The notes under the pieces are model-generated. The model worked only from the letters and a program-made list of their open reading frames with translations, was not told the origin of the DNA and did not search any database. A program made the translations under genes and the position numbers. From NCBI GenBank assembly GCA_000091205.1, contig AP006501.2: DNA of 64,000 nt; one strand, 5' to 3'. This document shows positions 20,879 through 33,562 of the stretch, piece after piece; within the stretch, counting starts at the first letter, position 1; every line of letters starts with the position of its first letter. This DNA is from Cyanidioschyzon merolae. Its lineage: Eukaryota.

Positions 20879-22039
20879 GTGTAGACTCTTGATAATGCAA
20901 GGATCGGATTGCGCGCAGATGTGCAACGCGATACAGCTCGAAAGGCGCCGCATGGATACGATGAAGACGAATCATAGCGCAATCCGCTGTTTCATGTAAG
21001 CAGCACTCTGCTTCGACTCCCTCATGACGTCGGGAGGCAGCATTCTGTGCAGAGATGACAGCGGCCTCTGAATCGCATCAATTCCATACGAACGCAGAGC
21101 ACGATTCGCTGTGCAGACAAATGTTATGAAGGGTGTTGAGATGCTTGGAGGCGTGCTGGGCTGCCTTTGCTAGAGTGCTTACTTCCGTGCTGGTATCGAA
21201 AACATCATACACATTGTGTGGTGAAACGCAGTCTTGCAGCACCACTCCCTAGGCGAATACACATTCTGTAAGCGCGAGGCATCGAGTCCGTCTGGTGCAC
21301 CCGTGGATGCACCCGCTCATCACCATAGCGCATCTTGTGTAGGGACACGGTATAGGGGCGGGGGTTCCGAACGCGGTGCTTTTGCTCGATTGCCACCGTT
21401 TCGCGGATACGTGAACGTAAACTGGTCAGATCGACGAATTCGATGTGCCTTGGCGGTCCGGTTCAAAACCAATATTTGCTGATGCACAGCGGAAAGACCT
21501 GTCCACAAGAACCAATCCTAGAAGGTGTTTGAATGAACCCCGAGGCAGACATCCAAGACAGCTCGCAAAAGCCACCACCAAACATCACTAGGCATCTTAT
21601 TTGCAATCTTCATCGCATCTTGCATTCTACATTTGACGCAATTCAGTACCGACGCGCATGTCATCCCGAGAGACATGCAATCGAAGGAGCTGGACCCAGG
21701 TCGTATAGAGACGAGCCACTTCGCCTTTGCCCCATGGGAAGGACTAACGGATGCTTCCGTTTGTTTTCCCGAACTCATGGTTGGACTTCCGATACGCTCG
21801 ATGCCTCCGCATGACACTATAAAAACCAGATCATGACGTCTCCGAGCGCGCACCTCGTACGCAGGGCTCCATACCGACCTCCGGCGCCAAGAGAGAAGCT
21901 CACATCTTCCAGGTCGCTCGACTTGGATCCGATCGTCCTGCTCCAGCCTCCATAGTTTGCATGGCGACACATGGGTGTATCACGATTTTCGTGAGCATTT
22001 GTGGTAAGCTGCGGATCCGCATCCAGATGTCTCTGCTTG

Positions 22040-23233
22040 TCAGACGTTTCGCAGATACTCCATGGCCGCTTCCTGTGAGAGAAACACCGGAATCGATCGA
22101 CTTGCCGAGACGCAGCCAGGCGGTGGTTCTGCTGGGCCTTGAGCCGGCATCCATGACCATTCGACCGTCCATCGGAACGGGACAGCTTCCTCGCGGGTAA
22201 CGCTCGGCTTTACCCAGAGACAGAGAAAACGCACACCACAGCAGGCAGCGTGTCGCATCGCTACCGCAAATGCCGGATCGATCGACTCTGCCGGGCAGAG
22301 CGCTCGCGGCGGATCACTGCGCTGAACCACAAAGATGACCAGAGCCTGCACCGGCATCTCAGGTCGTGCTCTGGGATATTTCGCTGACCCACGGGCAATG
22401 CTCGCAAGTTCCTGCAAATGGCGACTCGCTCTGTCCGATACAGCATCTGGAAAAAGCACTAAACCCTCTGCGGAACCACGCATGGTAACCGATTTGACCT
22501 CGATGAAAATGCGATGATCGAGGCAAAAGTCGCAACGACTTGTTTTCCTTGTTTTCGTTGTGGAAGCTTGCCATGCTCCAGTGTCTGGAGGAGCGTTTTC
22601 GCGTCGTCTGCGTTCAGTATCCGGATCCTGGCGTGGGAGGCTCGTCTCGCGTTCGACCTCATGGAAATGGAAACGTGGAACGGCACGCGGCTCCATGGCG
22701 TTATCTCCCGCCTCAACATCGGACAGCGCTTCACCGATGGCCTCCATGAGGCATGGAGCACGACTTTCGAGCGCCTCCCCAATGAGTCGGTTCGCCGCCA
22801 ATGTGTGGACACAGACCAAGGCCCCTGTGCTCGGCTCGGTGGCGATAATCCAGCGAAATGGATGCTTGGCTTTCGCTCCGCGATCAACTGCCGCCAGATA
22901 GACAGCAGACTCGTTCGGAACAGCGTACCCCTTGGCTGGAGCGCCTTCGTCGCCACCGGTCATGCGACCTGGGTTCAGCACGCTGGCAGTGACCTCCGTC
23001 CCGTCATCGAGGCGCACTCGTGCGAGGAAACGTTTGTAACGTTCGAGAAGAACGCCCCGAAGAAGCGCTGACATTCGCGTGGTCTGCATATTGGAATCAC
23101 TGGAGACTACCGGCGAGAGAGCAGCTGGGCACGAAGCCCCGGCACGCTTGAAACTCGTTTTGGTCAAACGAGGTGGCCCAGTCGAGTTTCGTTCAGGAAT
23201 AGGGTGTTTTCGTATTCCACGACATCTCTGCAT
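22040..23233 (-). CDS. SfsA (sugar fermentation stimulation protein) homolog with an N-terminal extension, possibly organelle-targeted
   Basis: Core ERYKRFLARVRLDDGTEVTASVLNPGRM matches the bacterial SfsA N-terminus (RYKRFLADV...HCPNTGAM). The ORF opens with GTG; the first ATG is at 23233, and the core begins at a later Met (MSALLRG). Confidence 0.6.
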   Translation of the reverse strand: MQRCRGIRKHPIPERNSTGPPRLTKTSFKRAGASCPAALSPVVSSDSNMQTTRMSALLRGVLLERYKRFLARVRLDDGTEVTASVLNPGRMTGGDEGAPAKGYAVPNESAVYLAAVDRGAKAKHPFRWIIATEPSTGALVCVHTLAANRLIGEALESRAPCLMEAIGEALSDVEAGDNAMEPRAVPRFHFHEVERETSLPRQDPDTERRRRENAPPDTGAWQASTTKTRKTSRCDFCLDHRIFIEVKSVTMRGSAEGLVLFPDAVSDRASRHLQELASIARGSAKYPRARPEMPVQALVIFVVQRSDPPRALCPAESIDPAFAVAMRHAACCGVRFLCLWVKPSVTREEAVPFRWTVEWSWMPAQGPAEPPPGCVSASRSIPVFLSQEAAMEYLRNV

Positions 23234-24708
23234 ATAGTTGGTGGTGTTTTCAAGCGACCCTTCTCCTTCACAGGCACGATTTGTGCACTTGTTTGGCTCA
23301 GGTGTTTCAGCGTGCCGCGGCGCCAGCGCCCCGTGGGCACCCAAACAGTGACGCTTGGGTTCTCTGTTTAAACGTTGCCCCGGGTACCAGTCCTGTTTGG
23401 GATATTGTTCCACTCTGCGGAGGCGTTTCCTTCCCAGCCGTTCGGTGTTGCTCCCGAAAAGATTCCCTTGTCAGCGACGTACACCGACTGCATACTCTAA
23501 ACTGCGGCAGCAACAGTCGACTGTACAGAAGTCGCATCAGAGCCGCTGTTCGGTCGTCCCGCGCCAGCCATGAAGTCCGTAATGGTGACAAGAACCCCAT
23601 GGCGCGGCGATATGCCTTTTCATCGTGGAGCATTGATCGTTCGATGGATCTTATCGTCTTTTGCCGAACACGCGACTGCTACCCCAGACCAGTAGGTAAC
23701 CTCGGTTCTTCAACTGACGATTGGGCGTCTTTTCCAGCAGCTATTTCGACTTGAGAGCTGCAGTTTCAACCAACGCTGCTCTAGGCAGCGCAGCATGGGT
23801 CGCGTTTCGCCACTGTAGTCAAGGGCGCCATCGCTAACGTGCTCATATTCGGATGCCACACTTGCTGCGGGGATGCGCCTTGATTCACAGGGTGCGCAAA
23901 ACGACACAGAAACGTTTCGCATCACTGGATGGGCTTCACTTCAGAGATACCGTACGATACTTTCTGGTAGATTCACACAATTCATTCATAGAAACGCACT
24001 GTGCCTAGCAAGTGAGTCATCGTGGGCTTTCAAAGTTTTCATCACGCTGAGGCATGAGGAATCTGAGCATGCCCCTATCCCATTGGCGCTGATACAATCG
24101 AGCACGGCGATGAAGAATCAGCCCTCTGTATTCATGGCGACGGGCATTTAGCGTAGGATTGCCGCCTAGTTCGTGACTTGTTGTTTCACGACTACCTGCG
24201 AATGCAAGCGCAGGACACGGTACCCAAGGATGCGAGCTGCCAGGGCACCAACTCGCACGAGCATCCTCGAGCAGCTACCATTCCTGGTATTGCAAGTGGC
24301 CCTGCGCCTGAAATGCATTCGCTGTAGGCTCAGCAACCGTGCTTCTGCTGGATCGATCAACTCTCTGTTTCTGAGACGAAGACGGTCTCACACTAAACAA
24401 CAAAAATGTACAAGAATCGGGCGACGCAGTTGAGTGCACCTCCCCGTTGACTTGTGGCATGTGCTCATCCGCAGGGGTGCTCAGTTTCCGGATCAATCGT
24501 ACTCCAGAGGAAATGTCGCGTCCACGCGCGCGCCGCATCGACGGTCGACGCCTTCCAGAAGGCGACTCTGGATGAACGTTGCATCACGACCCGCGATATT
24601 GACGGCTTTCGTCCGTTCTATTCTAGGAGTCATTGTTTACTTTCTAAGGTTTGTTCGCTTATTGAGGAACTTAAAAAAGTATTCACTCGTGTGTACCTCG
24701 ACTTGAAA

Positions 24709-25365
24709 ATGACCTGCCGTGACAATAGCGACCTGTCACCTGATCAACCGGTATACTGGCGTGACCGCTGGGAGAAGGGCGTAACACCGTGGGACTGCGG
24801 CTGTGCGCACCCGTTACTCGTTCACTTGGCACCACGCTTGCCGTCCGGACGCGCTCTTGTTCCGGGGTGTGGCTCTGGATACGATGTGATTGCGCTGGCT
24901 AAGCAGGACCCGGCGCGTCAGGTAACCGGCTTGGATCTTTCGGAACTCGCGTGCAAACGTGGTGAGTCGATGCGCGACGAGGCAGGCCTCTCTAGCAAGC
25001 AGGTACAGTTCATCGAAGGTGATTTTTTCAAATTCGATTATGAAGAGCCCTTTGATCTCGTGTACGACTATACCTTCTTCTGCGCGCTGCCTCCGCATCT
25101 GCGCAAGCAATGGGCAGCTCGCATGGCGGAGCTCGTGAAGCCAAGCGGCATCCTGTTCACGCTCATGTTTCCTGTACGGGATTCGGGGACGGGCGCGGAA
25201 GGAGGACCCCCTTTCTCGGTTTCTCATGAGGCGTATGCCTCTGTGCTGGAACCAGCCGGTTTCAAGTTGCTCGAATGTGGCGACGTTCCATCTGCGTATA
25301 GACGTCCGAAGACACCCTCACCGGGTGCTGAGCTCTACGGTCTCTGGCAGCGCGTTGGTGCGTAG
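24709..25365 (+). CDS. thiopurine/thiol/halide S-methyltransferase, TPMT/HOL family (SAM-dependent)
   Basis: WRDRWEKGVTPWDCGCAHPLLVHL...LVPGCGSGYDVIALA is typical of the TPMT family. The ORF opens with GTG; the first ATG at 24709 gives 218 aa, a typical family size. Confidence 0.65.
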   Translation: MTCRDNSDLSPDQPVYWRDRWEKGVTPWDCGCAHPLLVHLAPRLPSGRALVPGCGSGYDVIALAKQDPARQVTGLDLSELACKRGESMRDEAGLSSKQVQFIEGDFFKFDYEEPFDLVYDYTFFCALPPHLRKQWAARMAELVKPSGILFTLMFPVRDSGTGAEGGPPFSVSHEAYASVLEPAGFKLLECGDVPSAYRRPKTPSPGAELYGLWQRVGA

Positions 25366-27864
25366 GCGACGTCTACGTACCTCGCCGGGGAACCAGCAGC
25401 AAGCATCGTTGTGGTGTGCGTCGGACCGAACGCTTCTCGATAGACGGGCTAGATTGGGTCCGCAGCGACGCCTTGCGAGCACCTTCACCAGCGGTATCTG
25501 GACATTAAAGGTTTGTATTCGGGAACGGAATGTTTGGATTGTACAGCATGCGGAGAAACTGCTGCGGCACGTATAGGGCTTTGGGGATAAGCGCAAAGGC
25601 GGGACCTTTGGTGCCGTTGCATTAAGAATGATAGTTTATTTTCTTATTTGCCGCGAAGGATTTGTTCTCCGTGGCCTAGGATGAGATCATACGATCTGTA
25701 AAGCTTCACACATGTTGTGCATGTTTCCAGGGCGACCGTGCTCGAGCGCCGAAGAAGGGTTTCGCAGGGTACTTGCACCGCAGCATGCATGGTCCGCGCT
25801 TGCTGCTCACCAATATTAAAAACCTCATCCATTGCCCATAGTGGCGTTGAAGGATCCAGAAAAAGCAAGTCCTGCTGTGTGCGTCTTGTGCCGATATGCT
25901 GCGGACGCGAACCTCCATGAGGAACGCGCTCAGGGAACGGAGAAAATTGCCCTTGCTCCGCAGTCATTCTAGGAAGGATTTATGGTTTTGGTCTTTCTGG
26001 CCTCTAGGTTGACACCTTTTGAGGATGAAAGACCTCGTACGCACGGGTCGTTCTCGCGGTGGTCCATGTGATTACCATGTCCATAGGTGGGATCGTTCCA
26101 AATCCAGCATCCCTTTCGGATGCGAAACGCTGCGGTTCGGAGCACTGATCTGGTGGTATGCATGTGGATACCGCGTTACCCGGTGACAACCAGGCTGTGA
26201 ATTTTCACTTTATGAAATCTGGCTCAGCATAGCACGCGAGTCGCTCATTGGTGCAGACGCTCACCCACATAGGTTCAAGCCACGTCAGGCAGCAGTGACG
26301 AGAGCGTTGCAGGCTATCGCGGCGGGACGCAGAAGCTGATGTGGCATAAACGTCCGGGAACGGCCTTGATGCACCGATCAAGGCTCCGTAGGTCACGCGT
26401 GGTAGATATGTATATGAAGTTGTAAAAGTTGCGAGTCTGGCGTCCGTGATCCATCTACAGCAGCGCCAGATTTGCATAGAAGACTGCACCGCTAGCGCTT
26501 CTTCTGCTTTTCGATTTTTCCGAACTGATGTTAGATGCAAAGCCTCGATATTTGAAGTGTAGCAATGAGGGCGTACGTTTTCGTGCGTAGTGCTAGAGAT
26601 CTCTGACCCATTCACGGAGAAGCGCGTTCGACGCTTTGCTGGCGGGATTCGTCACGTCACCGCTATCACGAAGATTCGCGATGTTCTCGAGCAAAACATT
26701 CATATCTATGTGGTGCAATTATTCAATGCATACGCACAAGTGTCCACTTGTCTCCCTTGAGTACGTCTAACATGCTCAAAACATGCATTGTTCAAGATTT
26801 GACCTTCTGTTTCAGGGAAACTTGAGGGCGCAACAGTTCGCACCGTTGGATTATCATGGAAAAAATACTCGACGTCGTTTTTTGAGGAATTCCTAAAAAG
26901 CTCATCCCGAAAGCTCACTGAACCCGTCACGTAAACTGCTCGATTCCGTTCGAAAAATGATTCTCTTCCCTTGGTAGTCATCAATGAAACGGCACTCGAC
27001 AGCCGTATGATACCCCTCGCAGGGCATGTTCTCAGAGACTATCTTCTCGACTGTTTCCATGGAAACCAGTCTTGGCACCAGACTTTGATCGCAACGATCG
27101 CTACCAGTGGAGCTATCGTTACTGCATGGCACGAGGAAAGGGTATACGGATCGACACTTTTCGACCTGTTCTCTAGACTGGATTTTGCCTCCGGTACTTG
27201 TTCCATCATGGACAACACCGCGTTCCGAAAAATCCGTCATCGAATGGAACGGCATGCGCTTCCATGTGCAGCGAAGCGTATACTTGTTAGGTGAATCGTC
27301 CAGAAGAAGGCCACGATCGCAGGGCACGGCACCGGATAAGAAAACAGATCAGAGCAATGAGAGCAGCTTTCTGTAACCGTGAACTGTGCGTATCGAGCAA
27401 TGGAGCAAGCGTTCACGCGCTACATTTGGGCCGGTTTGGAGGAAGTTTGACGGATATACTGTAGAGCTTGTCCACATTCAACTGTCACCGCTGTGAACGG
27501 CGCACCGAGGCTATGCATAAAGGAGATCGACCTGACGAACGAAGCATAGACCACAACTACCGCCTATCCGTGGTATGCATCAACAACCTCCGGAATCAGC
27601 GTCATTGAAACCTGAGCGCTACCGTCAACTTCCCTCGACTGCGGGCAACAGATCTGTAGTGGAAGAGGCGACCGGCTGATTGAATGCCGAAGATAGTAGG
27701 GTTGAAGCGCAGGCATTCTTAGAATAAAGCTCTTAAATTCTTATGTTGATGATAGTGGGAAGATAACCACACATTCGTGTGTTCGTCTGGGGAAGAGCCT
27801 ATGTCCTAGTTTAGAGTAACATGGCAGTGAAGCGAAAAATGTACCATGACGATATGGGGTAAAT

Positions 27865-28135
27865 TAATATCCACTCACAGGCACCCCGCAGCCTTTTTCG
27901 ACCAGCCCCCTGTTATCGGCTTCAGCTTCTCTCCGTACACTTCGAGCCCGAGAGGCTACCCCACGGAGTTGGATGGCGCCAGCTCCTCGGATCTCGTCTT
28001 CAGCACTAGACATCATCTCATCTTGATGGCGGCGTTGAAGTCTCGGTTCACAAACTCCTTGCATCCATTGCCGCTGGTGGAACACATTCATGCAAGGATT
28101 CCTTGAACTCGCGCCCTCTATGCCATTACAGTCTC
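27865..28135 (-). pseudogene. degenerate Fanzor/TnpB C-terminal fragment (RuvC-III NRDFNAA retained, then a stop)
   Basis: Reverse-strand translation gives RVQGILA*..NGCKEFVNRDFNAAIKMR*. The sense ORF 27846-28106 matches the antisense of Fanzor copy 1 (HLILMAALKSR vs HLLILVAALKSR). The 3' end ggctggtcgaaaaaggctgcggggtgcc aligns to the family 3' terminus. Confidence 0.55.
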
Positions 28136-28786
28136 GTAATCCTTCTATTGGGCAAACATATTTTTGTTTGCCTATCTCCCCTCCCCCTCTTCCTTTTCGA
28201 TATATGCTCTTCTTCACTCGTTAGTCGGCAAGAACAGAAACGTTTATGTGTTTTTCCTGCAGCCCGTAATGAAGGCCCTCCACCATCCCCGACTTCCATG
28301 TCCATACCTCTCCCTTGTATTTTTCATTTCTTCAAATGAACGTACTTCGAACACATCTGCTATAAACAGCGAATAAGCGTTTGATGATACGCTTCTTGAG
28401 ATGGAACCTAAATGAATCGAAAGAGTAGAGGAGCCAGACGGGTATGAGGTCGAAACTAATCTGAAACAATTTAGTATAAAATTTGCAACTGCGGTACGCT
28501 GGACCCCCGCGATCGCTATGAAGCGTTCCCCGAAATCATTTTCATACCAGTAATTCTCTTACTTTAACCAGAGGCCAGACTTGGCGCGGTACGAGATTCT
28601 CAGGCTCTTCCTCTAAGTTTCTCAGTGGAACAGGGACCGACGGCGTCACTGTTGCTGTTGCGGAAGAGTCCGAGCTCGTGCTTCGTCTGTGGCTTTCGGA
28701 CGCGAAACACTTGTTGCTAACAGGCAGCTCACACACACGCACAGGAGCGTACCAGTGCTCCGCGACGTACGGTGATACTCGACTGC

Positions 28787-31078
28787 ATGGAGCAGCGTGC
28801 AAGGGGACTGGCGGCGCAGCAGCCGTGCATATCGGGCTTTGTTTTGGTAGCACAAAGTCGAATGCCCTTTTTGCGAAGTCTGACGGGTCCGCTGCAGCCC
28901 CGAGGGGCGTTGTTCGCCCGCACTGGGTCGCCAATCGCACGGAGCGTAGCACCACAGGCGGCGCTTCGCTTCGAATCCCTCCGTGGTACTGGTACTCGAG
29001 CAGTAATGGGGTTTGCCCCTGTCTCAAGTGTTGAAGCGGCTCTCCCTAGACCACCTTCAAGGTACGCAGGCAGTATCGCTGGGAGCCGATCATCGTTTAC
29101 AAGTTGCGAAGAGCTTTGCAGGAAACCCGTCTGGACTAGGCTTCCGTCGCCCGCTACTTTAGGCAGGATGCCGCGATATGCATCGATAATAGTGCGTTCC
29201 CGCTCCAGCAATACCAACCGAGCCCTCCGATTCTTGGACATGCATCGCGGCGGTACCGCTAAGGCCAGCCAGGAAGTGACCCCGTGGTATCAGTATGATG
29301 CTCGCTGGTCCCAGGTTTTATCGAACCCTACGAATGTTCTTGAACTTCCGCCGCTGCCGCCGCATCTGGTGCGGGTGCGCTTTGCGCCATCCCCAACAGG
29401 GAACCTGCACGTCGGCGGAGCCCGCACCGCGCTCTTCAATTGGCTCTATGCACGCAATCAAGGAGGTTATTTCATCATACGGATCGAGGACACTGATCAA
29501 GCTCGTTCGAGTCGTGCCTCTGAACTCGCCGTTCTGCGGGACTTGCGATGGCTTGGCCTCGACTGGGACGAGGGTCCAGCTTATCCCGATGAGCCGACCA
29601 CCGAGCCGTACCGCGGGGAACGCGGCCCCTACCGCCAGTCCGAGCGATCTGCCATCTATGAGGCTGCAGCAGCGAAACTCATCGAATCGGGAGCAGTCTA
29701 TCCCTGCTTCTGTACCGAGGAACAACTGGAACGGAAACGTCGTTTGGCTGAGGCAGAACATCGTGCGCCCCAGTACGATGGTACCTGTCGCGATGCAGAT
29801 CCAGCCCTTATCCGCAAACGGCTGCAACGCGGGGACCCGTACACCTTACGGTTCCGAGTACCTGCTGGGACTCGTGTGGAAATCAGGGACGTTATTCGTG
29901 GCGATATTGCCTGGGACGCGAACGCAACGATTGGTGATTTTATTATCGTGCGTTCTTCAGGTCTACCGGTCTATAATTTTTGCGTCGCAGTAGATGATGC
30001 GCTTATGGGTATCACCACGGTCATCCGTGCAGAAGAGCATCTGACGAATACGCTGCGACAGGCTCTTATTCTGGATGCGCTTGGCTATGACCGACCCCAG
30101 TATGCGCATGTTTCGCTGATTCTCGGAGCGGACCGCCAAAAGCTCAGCAAACGGCACGGGGCCACGTCAATCGATCAGTACGCACGTGAAGGATTTCTTC
30201 CAGAAGCCATGATGAATTACTTGGCGCTCCTTGGATGGAATGACGGTACGGAAAGGGAAATCTATTCGGTGGAGGAGCTCATCAAGGCGTTCTCCCTTGA
30301 CCGCATCACCAAGTCGGCGGCTGTTTTTGACGCAAACAAACTTCGATGGATGAATGGACTTCATTTGAGATCCATGCCTCCGGAGAAATTATGCGGTGTC
30401 CTCATTAGATTCTGGTTGGATGCGAACGTCATTCAGCGACCTGCAGAGGAGATTGACGTTGATGTGCCAACACGAGCTGCCGCAGGTGTTGCCCAGTCTG
30501 CGTCTGCGTTGCGGTTCTGGGTTTTCACGAGCAGGGCAACGGAGCTGTTACGTGGTTCCATAGAATTAGCTAAGGATTGTGTGCCCTTGCTACAAGATAT
30601 CCTGGAATATCCACTGGAAGAAACAATTGAAAGTGGCGATTCGGATGAATTGCTCACTCCACAGGGCGGATTCCTTGACATTGCCACCGCGGTGCTGGAG
30701 CGTTACAGAAAGGGCGAAATTCCTTTTGGAGATGAAATTGAGCCTGACCCTGAAATGATGGTTCCAAACGCGCCGTCCCTGACCTCGGAGGATCCCTTTA
30801 TCGAAGACTGGAAAGCGTGGGTCAAAGGTATTGGTACGCAGCTTGGGCGCAAGAGTAAGCGCCTGTTTCATCCTATTCGCTTGGTCATGACGGGCCGCAT
30901 GACTGGCCCGGACGTTGGTGAGATCATGCGCATATTAGGACTTGCGAAAGGGGTTGTCCAAGTGCCATATGTACCACTGTCAGAGCGAATGCGTATTCTG
31001 GAGCGCGTCGTGAAGAAGCTACGGACTGAACGTGAAGCGACTACGTCAAGCCCAAGTTCACCGAACGCCGCGAGGTAG
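28787..31078 (+). CDS. bacterial-type (organellar) glutamyl-tRNA synthetase with N- and C-terminal extensions
   Basis: RVRFAPSPTGNLHVGGARTALFNWLYARNQGGYFIIRIEDTDQARS (HIGH-class motif region) and KLSKRHGATS (KMSKS-class). The ORF opens with GTG. The first ATG is at 28787, but a more plausible transit-peptide start is the ATG near 29168 (MPRYASIIVRSRSS...). Confidence 0.85.
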   Translation: MEQRARGLAAQQPCISGFVLVAQSRMPFLRSLTGPLQPRGALFARTGSPIARSVAPQAALRFESLRGTGTRAVMGFAPVSSVEAALPRPPSRYAGSIAGSRSSFTSCEELCRKPVWTRLPSPATLGRMPRYASIIVRSRSSNTNRALRFLDMHRGGTAKASQEVTPWYQYDARWSQVLSNPTNVLELPPLPPHLVRVRFAPSPTGNLHVGGARTALFNWLYARNQGGYFIIRIEDTDQARSSRASELAVLRDLRWLGLDWDEGPAYPDEPTTEPYRGERGPYRQSERSAIYEAAAAKLIESGAVYPCFCTEEQLERKRRLAEAEHRAPQYDGTCRDADPALIRKRLQRGDPYTLRFRVPAGTRVEIRDVIRGDIAWDANATIGDFIIVRSSGLPVYNFCVAVDDALMGITTVIRAEEHLTNTLRQALILDALGYDRPQYAHVSLILGADRQKLSKRHGATSIDQYAREGFLPEAMMNYLALLGWNDGTEREIYSVEELIKAFSLDRITKSAAVFDANKLRWMNGLHLRSMPPEKLCGVLIRFWLDANVIQRPAEEIDVDVPTRAAAGVAQSASALRFWVFTSRATELLRGSIELAKDCVPLLQDILEYPLEETIESGDSDELLTPQGGFLDIATAVLERYRKGEIPFGDEIEPDPEMMVPNAPSLTSEDPFIEDWKAWVKGIGTQLGRKSKRLFHPIRLVMTGRMTGPDVGEIMRILGLAKGVVQVPYVPLSERMRILERVVKKLRTEREATTSSPSSPNAAR

Positions 31079-31137
31079 GCAGGCAACTTGGCCGTATGCT
31101 TGATCATATAAACGAGTCTCATGGTACCGAATAGCTC

Positions 31138-32327
31138 ATTGTTTGACTCGGAATAATGAATTCTGAAACACCTGCATCAGCACGCCCTGTTTGTTTTTTC
31201 TACGGGTATTCAAGAGGAGTGTATCTTGCACACCGGAGAAAGGTCGCCGAACGACCTTATGTCGTCACTGCTTCCTCATGAGAAAGCCCGCTTTACTAGT
31301 GCACGGCAGACATTCTCCGGACAGCCTCGCTTCACACACGAACAAGGCTCTCTGCAAAAAGAAGCCCTTTACAGCAATACAGACCCGTCCCGGACTCCGA
31401 GCGCCCTCGCGCCCCCATCACTGGCATCGGGGTACGACGGGCACCAGGCGGCACACCGGCATGTAGAGTGACGGTGCAAGGACCGTTCTCACCGGCCTGC
31501 GTAGCGTATCCAGCAGAGGCGCACGCCTTCTCGGCTTTATTCAGAGGTCGTCCGTGAGCGTCCAGACGTCTCATGCGGACGCTCTTCGGCATGTATGCAT
31601 GAGACTGCGCTGGGCGGTCGCCAATGGTTTCGGTTGTACGCAGACAAGACGGGTGCGTTCCCCAAACGGCTCAGTGACGTGGGAAAGGAAACGACTGAGC
31701 AGTCGCGTCGTCCGGTGGGGAGCCCCATCGAGCGGCACCCGACGCGGCGCACGAGGCCTGTGATCCCGCTTCATCGACCGGAGCTTCCCGCGGGAGCAAG
31801 CATCGACGCTGCACTGTGCCCATCGATGCGTTCAGGGCGTTATGCAAGCGGCACCAGCACGGGCACACGCTGAGGCGGGCACAGAAGAAGAGCGCGAAAC
31901 ATGCGCGCTCGGATGCACCGGATGGTAAGCGATAAGCAGCGTGCACGTCAGACGCAGAGCCAATCGCAAGTGAGCGGCTCGATATCGCGTGATCCAGCAA
32001 GCAACCATGCGCGCAAGCACTCTCTGCATCACGACTTTAATGCCTCGGGCGACATCCGGGACTGTCTGATGCATCGAGAGCATCCAGTGAGTATTACGTC
32101 GAGCGAACCTTGCGGCAATCGTTTGGTACCCAGTGGGCGCATTCTGCTGCAATGCTGCGGATATCCGTCAAACAGAATACGAATCCATGGGAGAGCGGCA
32201 TGTTTTGCCTTGGTGGATCACGGCACTGGTGTGGTGCTGCTCAGCAATGCGGAAAGCATTGAGCGCGGTACGGATACTCTGGGGACGATTTGCGTCCGCA
32301 ATATCTGAAAGACAATAATGTTTCAAT
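31138..32327 (+). repeat. 1.19-kb direct repeat, copy A (partner 35204-36393)
   Basis: About 97% identity at a constant offset of 4066 bp. Many ORF pairs are identical (for example 31191-31466 and 35257-35532). No RT/integrase and no TG..CA LTR termini seen. Confidence 0.8.
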
Positions 32328-32458
32328 ACTCTAGAGTGTTGGGTGTATACGATGAAAAGGTGCTCAAACCGGTGCAGGCTTTCTTCATTTCTAGCGGATT
32401 CGATCACAAGACGTTGCCACTCGTTGACATCTTTCAACATTCCGAGAACGTAATCCCA

Positions 32459-33562
32459 CTATGCTGCATGCACGATAGTGCGACATGGTGGCAAGTAGCC
32501 TCTAATACGCAGTCGTTTCTTGCGCTCGCGAGGTCGTGCTAAATCAAGCATTCCTGGAGGCAGGTCAAGCACGGCAAGCTTCGTAAGCGATGGTGGCTGC
32601 GTCTCTGCATCCGCGGCTCCTTCATGAGCAGCGATATCCATTTCCTGTACAAACGCTTCTAGAAAGGGAACCTCGAGACTCCGGTTGCCCTCGAAAAGAA
32701 GCAGCTCCAGTGCGTCATGTGCACCGCCATGCTCATTTCGCAGGATCACACCCGCAACTCGTCCCAGGCAATGCTTAAACACCCACTCTCTGGTCCATAA
32801 GAAATCCGCTTGCGCCTGAAGCTTTTCAAGAGTCTCTCGTAAGATAGCTGGTCGTCCAATCCACTCAGTTATAATATACTCATCGGCGCCCAGTGACTGC
32901 GGTCGTTGCTCGCTTTCATGGACATAGAGACATGCACCGCGAAGTTGGCTTGCCGCATCACGATCTTCGACGCCGCGAACCCGAATAATCCATACGTTTG
33001 CTTGCGATGCCGGGCGACCATCCTGAACCCATACAGGTCGAGGATAGACCCGGTGTGCAAGTTTTATATAACGCTGTGCAGGTTCTTTGGGAAGCCGTTC
33101 CCTCGCAAAGTCAGTATTCAAACGAACCTTGCACTCACCGCGAACCCCGTGAGGCCCAGCAATGGTTCCAATCTCTATAAAACCGAAACGGGAAGGATCA
33201 TAGGCTGCTGCTGCTGCTGTCGCTTCCGATCCGATATCTGCAGCAGCAGCTGCAGTCCCGTCATCGAAGTCCAACTCGTTCGGGGTTCGCGAATGACGCC
33301 CATCGAGCGCGTCTGGATCGCTGTAAATCACCAGTGACACTAGTCTTCGACGTTGCATGGAGCTCAGGCACCTCTTCTGGTTCTCCGATTCCAACACCAC
33401 GGAACCAAATGTCAGTTTTCGGCGCTGTACAAGCTGAGTCAAGTCGCTCCGGCTCTGACACCCGATACGTCCCCCGCTTGAACAGAAGCCGTTGACGTGA
33501 CTCCAGCACACCAGCGTCCGCGCAAGTTTCCTGCTTACCAGCAAGCTATTCACGTCCCGCAT
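32459..33562 (-). CDS. RimM-domain protein (16S rRNA processing / ribosome maturation factor), likely organellar, with N- and C-terminal extensions
   Basis: FGFIEIGTIAGPHGVRGECKVRLNTDFARERL...DEYIITEWIGRPAI resembles the RimM N-terminal beta-barrel and PRC domain. Real ATG start. Confidence 0.6.
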   Translation of the reverse strand: MRDVNSLLVSRKLARTLVCWSHVNGFCSSGGRIGCQSRSDLTQLVQRRKLTFGSVVLESENQKRCLSSMQRRRLVSLVIYSDPDALDGRHSRTPNELDFDDGTAAAAADIGSEATAAAAAYDPSRFGFIEIGTIAGPHGVRGECKVRLNTDFARERLPKEPAQRYIKLAHRVYPRPVWVQDGRPASQANVWIIRVRGVEDRDAASQLRGACLYVHESEQRPQSLGADEYIITEWIGRPAILRETLEKLQAQADFLWTREWVFKHCLGRVAGVILRNEHGGAHDALELLLFEGNRSLEVPFLEAFVQEMDIAAHEGAADAETQPPSLTKLAVLDLPPGMLDLARPRERKKRLRIRGYLPPCRTIVHAA

